DNA of 64,000 nucleotides from Hormiphora californensis (Eukaryota > Animalia > Ctenophora). The notes under the pieces are model-generated. The model was given only the letters and a program-made list of their open reading frames with translations, ran no database searches and was not told where the DNA came from. The DNA is taken from NCBI GenBank assembly GCA_020137815.1, contig CM035359.1, positions 6,386,001 to 6,450,000 of the forward strand, in the 5' to 3' direction. Within the stretch, counting starts at the first letter, position 1; every line of letters starts with the position of its first letter. Shown piece by piece: positions 57,801 to 64,000 of the stretch. The translations under genes and the position numbers were made by a program.

Positions 57801-60004
57801 TTATTACGTCATCGTGACTGAGATTCTGCCACTCCGGTGCCCCGTTTCCCCATGGTCCTGCCCAGTTGGACGCCCCGAACGGGCTGTAGAGACAGATCAG
57901 GGCCGGGGTAACCCGGGTTGCCCTCTTGGCTCGTGTCACAATGTAAGGGAGATCTGATTCTAGCCCGAGCATCATCCCTTGCTTCGTCTGAAAATAAGGT
58001 GTATTAGAAAGTAGCAGTGGTGTGTAAATGCAAATGATCTGTTCAAAAATTTGAGGTTGATCCTGCAGCTGTGGGAGGCCGCCTAACCCCCCCCCCCCCC
58101 CCCCGGGGCCTTTCCAAAATAAGTTACATGTGATGCTAGTGGGTTGTGTTATTATTAAGTTACATGTTTAGCAGTAACAAGGATGATGGCTCTCTTTTTG
58201 AAGCACGACTCCAGATATCTGGCCAAGGTGTCATCCTCCCCCTCCTCAATCTCTGTCAGGTCCATGGTCTCAGTAACCCCGCCCGTTAGGTGCTGCAGCA
58301 TTTCCGGTAGGGGGATCTTATTGATGATGTCATAGCACCCATTAAACCTAGGATTGAGGAGAGATACAGTGAGCCATGTTGTTACCATGATGGTCACTAT
58401 GGTTACCATATAGGGGTAACCATGGTTACCACATTCTTACTTGGCGTATGCTTTCTCCATGATGCTCATCCAGTGTTCGTCGTTATCTTGGGTGTGCGTG
58501 TACAACAACTCACCGCCTGTAATTAACAACATGAGGGTTCGACTATAATTATGCTAACACTTCTTTGTCATCTATAGCTCTTTATCTAAATCAATGAGTG
58601 ATTGTTCAGAGCCATGTTAACATCTGAAATATTCCCTCCGTTAACCTACCTATACTTGGTAGTTTATCATCTATCGTCACCTCCGTCCAGTTTCCATACC
58701 TCCAGAATCTAAACTTGTAAATACCCCAGTCATCCTCAAACGCTATCGGACACTGTCATGGGGGGACCATTTAGTTATCTCGTTTAATTAGCTAATTAAT
58801 TTTTTTAATTAGCTAATTGAGATTTCTGAAAGGTGACATAATATACCTGGTCATCGGGCATAACTTGAAACAGAAGCTCGTGTTTCAGGGCCAGGGCAGA
58901 TGCTGCAGCCCCGAAATTTGGAGTCCCCCTCATGCCCTCATAGAGATCCCCACGGAACATTTTACCGCCGTTCAGTAACCGACTACGTGGATTCAAATCC
59001 TGGAAAACAGAGTTGAAATCGTCAGTTTCTAATGTACATACTACTAGTCTTTGAATTAAGGAAATGTGGTCCAATCACGAGGTCGACCGGCCACCAAAGG
59101 CATGTGTGACATGATTACGTACGATAATGCCTACAAGCACTAAGCAGTATTGCCTTCAGCGTAAATTACTCAAATACTCAATTAGAATCAAAGGAAAGGC
59201 AAAACTGCTAAAATGCAATGTGTTTCAAAAGTAAATATTGCTTACTCACCTTGGGTCTCCTCCAGACTATCTGACCCATTTTGGGTGATGTGGTTGTATC
59301 CCCTGTTGACGAGGCGGAAGAGCACATTTTCTGCCGGCCCGAGGAATTCCGTGCTCTTCCTTCCGTGGCTGCTACTATCTCAGACCTGAAAGAGGGACGG
59401 AGATATCCAACACTACACTTGAAACAGATCAGCACAGCACACTAAGATCAGCATTCACAGTTGAAGACATATCATTTCCGATATAGTAATAACGTTTCGT
59501 GCATACATAATTAACAAGTATTGTTCACAATTACGTGTTGTATGTAATATCAGGATTCTGTATAAGGGGCGTCGCCGCTGTTTCCATGTCGGGGTAAACA
59601 CGCCTAACAATATCGTATAGAGATCGTTGAGGCATTGTAACAATAGAAGACTCAAAGTGAATCGTAATTCTCAATCGTGTTGTAGGAGAGGTGAAAAAGT
59701 GGTAAATAGAACAATTTAAAGATAATCAAGGACATGTGAACTGTGTGATTATAGAGTTAAACGGAGTAACACGGATCATTCAGAGACACAGATCAACAAT
59801 CACACATCCAAGTCACAGGTGTAATTATGAATAAGAGGGGGTGAGAGAGAGAGAAAGTAAAAGAGGGAAGGAGAGAAAGAGAGAGTAAAAGAGGGAGAAA
59901 GAAAGGAAGAGAGAGTTGGGATCCAGTGTTGTGTATGAGGCGCTAGTAATCATGTAACGCTGCTTTATCCCTGGATCATAGAGGGCAAGGACAGATAGAG
60001 AGGA

Positions 60005-60086
<82 letters not shown>

Positions 60087-61767
60087 GTGGTTAACTGTAA
60101 TCATGTAATTGAAACAACATAGTGTGGAATCATAACTCCTATAACAACTGACAGTACTTCTACTTGATCTATTCATATTCTCTCTCTAGTCTCTTGTAGT
60201 ATATTAAGCAATGTGGTAAACTGCTCATAATAAAAGCTCTAACGAAATAGTTCAATTTGTGTTATAACACATTAAAGAGATAGAGCGATGCAGGGAATAA
60301 CGATCAATAAGCGTCTTCTAAAGAAGAAGGATCGAATAAATGAACATGATGAAGAATGGAAGAGAAATAGCTGAGAAAATGAACTTGATAATATAAAACC
60401 TACTGCTGCAGCTGCTATTCATGAGCTGTCGGAATTCGCAGTAACTGGTTAATGGTTATATTGATTGGTCACTTGGTCATTGGATGAATATATTGATTGT
60501 CCAGCCTTACATTATATACCCTTCTCTCATATCTCCATCTCTCAATAGATAACAGCCTGTTGTCAGCAATAACTACAAAAAAAGAACATATTATCAGTCG
60601 CACCCCGATTTACCGGGATGCTCGGGGAAGGGGTTTTGCCCGGTAAATCGGGGTACCCGGTATATCAGCGTCAGATACCATGGTAATTTCCTATATCGGG
60701 GTCGGACTGTAATTAGCGAATCACTGTGCTGGTAAGCGCAGCTGACAGTCATTATGATATGTTTTATATAACAAACAAGAAACACAAAGAAACACTGAAG
60801 GACGTTTAGTTATTATAATAGACAATATGTTATAATGCACACATATCATTCTCACGTCGCCTATTGCAACATCTATTTAAAAGCGTTATAAAACAGCAAC
60901 ATAAAGAAGCAGCTCCAGAGAAGAGAACATGAAAACATTGAAAAGATAAGAAGCCATCAAAACAGCTGACTTACGATCCTATAGCGTGAGACTTTGATCT
61001 GGGGAGTGTATGTTGTAGTTCAAATTCCCTCATGAGTAATGCTTCTGAAGTGAAACCTCGATTTACCGGACTCGAGAACTAGGCATATCGAGGTCCGGTA
61101 AATCAATGTTTAACTGTTGCAACAGTAATTATAATTGACTTTGCCAATTGACTTTGCCAATTTTTTTCAACTTGTGATTTTAAACTATTTTATAGTTTAA
61201 AATCACAAGTTGAAATAAATTGACAAAGTCAGAACAACTTTTTAGTTAATCAACTTATCATTTCTGAAGCAAATTCTTTTTTAAGAATTTTTAATAAAAA
61301 CTGTCCAGAAGAACAAATTACATGCACAGATCGTTAGTGAATGTGATGGATAAAATTAATCGGTAATTAAATGATTGCATTCACATACAATTAGTGTGCT
61401 CATACAGGAAGAGAGTTATATTCAGTGTGATTCGAGAATAGAGAAATCATTTATTTTAGAACTTTGTGTGAGAAACTGCAAACAGTTCAAACAGACACAG
61501 AGGAATCATGTTTTCAACATGTGTATTTCAGGAAATCGGTATGAATAAACACTAACTGCTTCTCATGATCTTGACACAAAAAATGAATCGGAGTAAAATG
61601 ACTCACGAAAACGCACGAATGAACTAGAGTAAAATGACTCACATGTTTCTGAAGGGTATGTAGCAGAGGGAGGAGATATCAGGAGGAAATGATCGGTCGT
61701 TGAAAGGCCGTCTCTTGCTGTCACACTCGTCTAATAACTCGTAGAAATCCTGTGGGATATTATACAT
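54893..61767 (-). CDS. Calpain-5/6 (TRA-3)-type protein, CysPc + CBSW(domain III) + C2 + low-complexity tail; predicted catalytically inactive; 16 coding exons, ~856 aa
   Basis: Phase-compatible exons (minus): 61767-61643, 59385-59250, 58999-58847, 58752-58650, 58516-58441, 58347-58164, 57987-57808, 57727-57567, 57391-57334, 57004-56810, 56730-56579, 56451-56351, 56191-56046, 55931-55839, 55710-55587, 55476-54893. Calpain motifs: [90 protein letters not shown]2 motifs: [16 protein letters not shown]. The start codon is uncertain because the frame is open back to the acceptor at 61839. Confidence 0.9.
56966..57204. repeat. 50-bp tandem repeat duplicating a calpain splice acceptor and exon start
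   Basis: TGGCCTGAAA recurs at 57001, 57051, 57101 and 57151, with a shortened fifth copy at 57195. Confidence 0.9.
60595..60709. mobile_element. MITE, CAGTCG-CCCCGATTTA family, in calpain intron
   Basis: CAGTCGCACCCCGATTTA…ATCGGGGTCGGACTG|TA. Confidence 0.75.
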
Positions 61768-62485
61768 GGAGTTAGAAGTGCTATAGCTTATAATACTAAT
61801 AATATGGTCTTGTTTTTTTTCAATGGGTCGTCTCTTCGACTGAAAATTTGACAAATTTTGGAAAAAGGAGTATTTAGGTAAGAAATATATGTCGTTTTTT
61901 AGAAGACCTATCACATGTATCATGACAATTAACGCTTCAATATTTTACTGCAGCCCATTTAGCTACTACAACTACAATTTGTTCCTGTCCTTCTGCTGCT
62001 CACTAGATCTGTACAGATTAGAATAGCTCTAGTCCTACTTATATCACCTTGTTCCAAAGTTGCTCGTTATCAAATTTGATAAAGTCCCTCTTTTTCGCAA
62101 GGGGAACTGAGACTGCACAAACAAGGGGTACTGCTGTTTGCTGTGAAGACAGTATATATTGCATGCTACCATCTGGATCACCATCAAAAACAATTTTCTA
62201 AGATAAAACATCTACTGATGTACGACACATCACTGATTACTTGTTGCTACATAATGCGTGAGAGAGTCTGAATTACCAAATGCGTCATATTCACACTATC
62301 TCGTTTCAAAATAGAATCTCTCCCAAATATACTTACAGTGTGTTATTTCACACGAGACAATGTGAGATCGATCATTATACTTTTGTTACCATGTCACTAC
62401 CGATACCAGGTGATAGAGCAGCTATAACACACATCAAAAGCAGAGAAATGGAGAGTGGGGATCATACGAGATCGGAGAGAGTTCG

Positions 62486-62586
<101 letters not shown>

Positions 62587-64000
62587 GGCATTGAGCCAAA
62601 GTGAGAAATAGAAACTGAAAATAGAAAGAGAGGGTAGTGAGAGGAAGTAAGGGAGAAAGAGTTGGAGGGAGATCAGAGAATAGGGAGGTCGAGGGAGAGA
62701 AAGATAGAGGGAGAATGAAAGAGACAGTAAGGGAGAACGAGAGAGAAAAAGGAAGAGCGAGAGCGAAAGAGATAGCGTCAAATGGATATCAGGATCAATG
62801 AATAGATCGGTACAATAGTTTTTCGTATGCACACACCAGGCAATACGTACCACAAGTACATTGAATGAACGGCTGCCAAGAGAACACAATTAATAGCTGT
62901 GGATGAGTAGAATCAGGAATAGGTAGAGTGAGAGCTTTCAAGTGTGCACAGAGAGAGAGAGAGAGACAGATAATGGGAGAGAATGGGAGAGAGATTGACA
63001 GAAATGGAGGGACATCCAGAGCTAGTAGAGGGAGATATTAGCCGAGGATTTGATAGAGAGATTGGACAAAGTCTACTAAGTATAGTTATATGTTTCAGTA
63101 ATGAGGCCAGACTAACATTACAATATATGCATGATCTATGCAAGAGGGGGCCATATTCATACTGAGTAATCTTAGGAACCGTACTAGGTTTATATAATGG
63201 ATGTCTAAAGACAGTTGGAGACATGGATTTGTGTAATTAGACATCCCAAATGAATATAATATATTAAGTGAGTCCTGGATAATATTGATTGATTGAAAAA
63301 ATGTAATATTGAACAAAATAATGGAAAACATACTATAAAACAGTCCGTAATTTAGTCCGTCCCCGTGCGAGGAAAATCGCTAGTCACACTAAAAACTAAA
63401 GGCACTCAAAACAGTTTCTCGAAGATCCACAGGCTTGTGGGGAGAAATTCGATAGACCCGGCTCCTACCTAGTAAATGCAGTGCTCAGGGGGACATGCAC
63501 CCTAAGTATCTTATCAAGATTCTAGCTTCTAGAATCTAGATGAATTATACCTGGTCTACTTTAGATTCCATAATACCTGGTTATGTGCCTCTCTCTCTCT
63601 CTCTTAGTTAAAGTAACAAACTCTCTTTAGATTCTATAATACCTGGTTATGTGCCAGGACAGTGTCCCTGGCTGTCCTCTGTCTTCCTCCCATTATCAGA
63701 GAACCTACCCGGATCTACTGAAGCTACTAATACAATACAAATAGCCTGTCAGAGCATTGGCCTGACCCATTCTCGTTTCTCTCAAATATGGAGCGCACGA
63801 GAACTGTGGTCAGAGCATTGGCCTGACAGCTAATAGCTAAACTTTAGGCTTTAAGTAGCAACTTCGATCGGAAGACAACGGGAAAAACTCACTCTCAGGT
63901 AGCGTACTAAAAAGAACCGTACTGGACACAAAAAAGAGGAATGATTTACAGTGTCTTTACTAAATACAGAGTTGTAGACAGGTATACTGTAGAAATAACA

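Overview
Eukaryotic (animal) genomic DNA, judged from GT-AG introns, a SMAD-like exon and TTAGGG repeats. It is very rich in MITE/foldback elements and GA microsatellites; a ctenophore-like origin is only a guess. Most ORFs in the supplied track are repeat artefacts. Manual splicing recovers two long genes. (1) A 13-exon hAT-superfamily (hATx/hATm-type) DDE transposase gene (+, 14735-22608, about 704 aa, one homopolymer frameshift) whose introns carry nested TEs; it is a candidate domesticated transposase. (2) A 16-exon calpain-5/6-type gene (-, 61767-54893, about 856 aa; CysPc-CBSW-C2 plus a Pro/Ser-rich tail) with all three catalytic residues replaced. A divergent SMAD MH2 fragment lies on the minus strand at about 45-48 kb. 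A 4.95-kb IS3EU-like TIR element with a 6-bp TSD carries an alpha-kinase-like exon and a 5'-truncated CRE-type RLE retrotransposon, which is itself interrupted by a solo LTR. Also present are a Penelope-type inverted insertion with a hammerhead-like motif, an 870-bp palindrome with head-to-head telomeric repeats at a duplication junction, two tandem segmental duplications with about 3.5-kb spacing, and an error-rich GA region (22.7-28.4 kb). All calls are by eye; no database searches were run.
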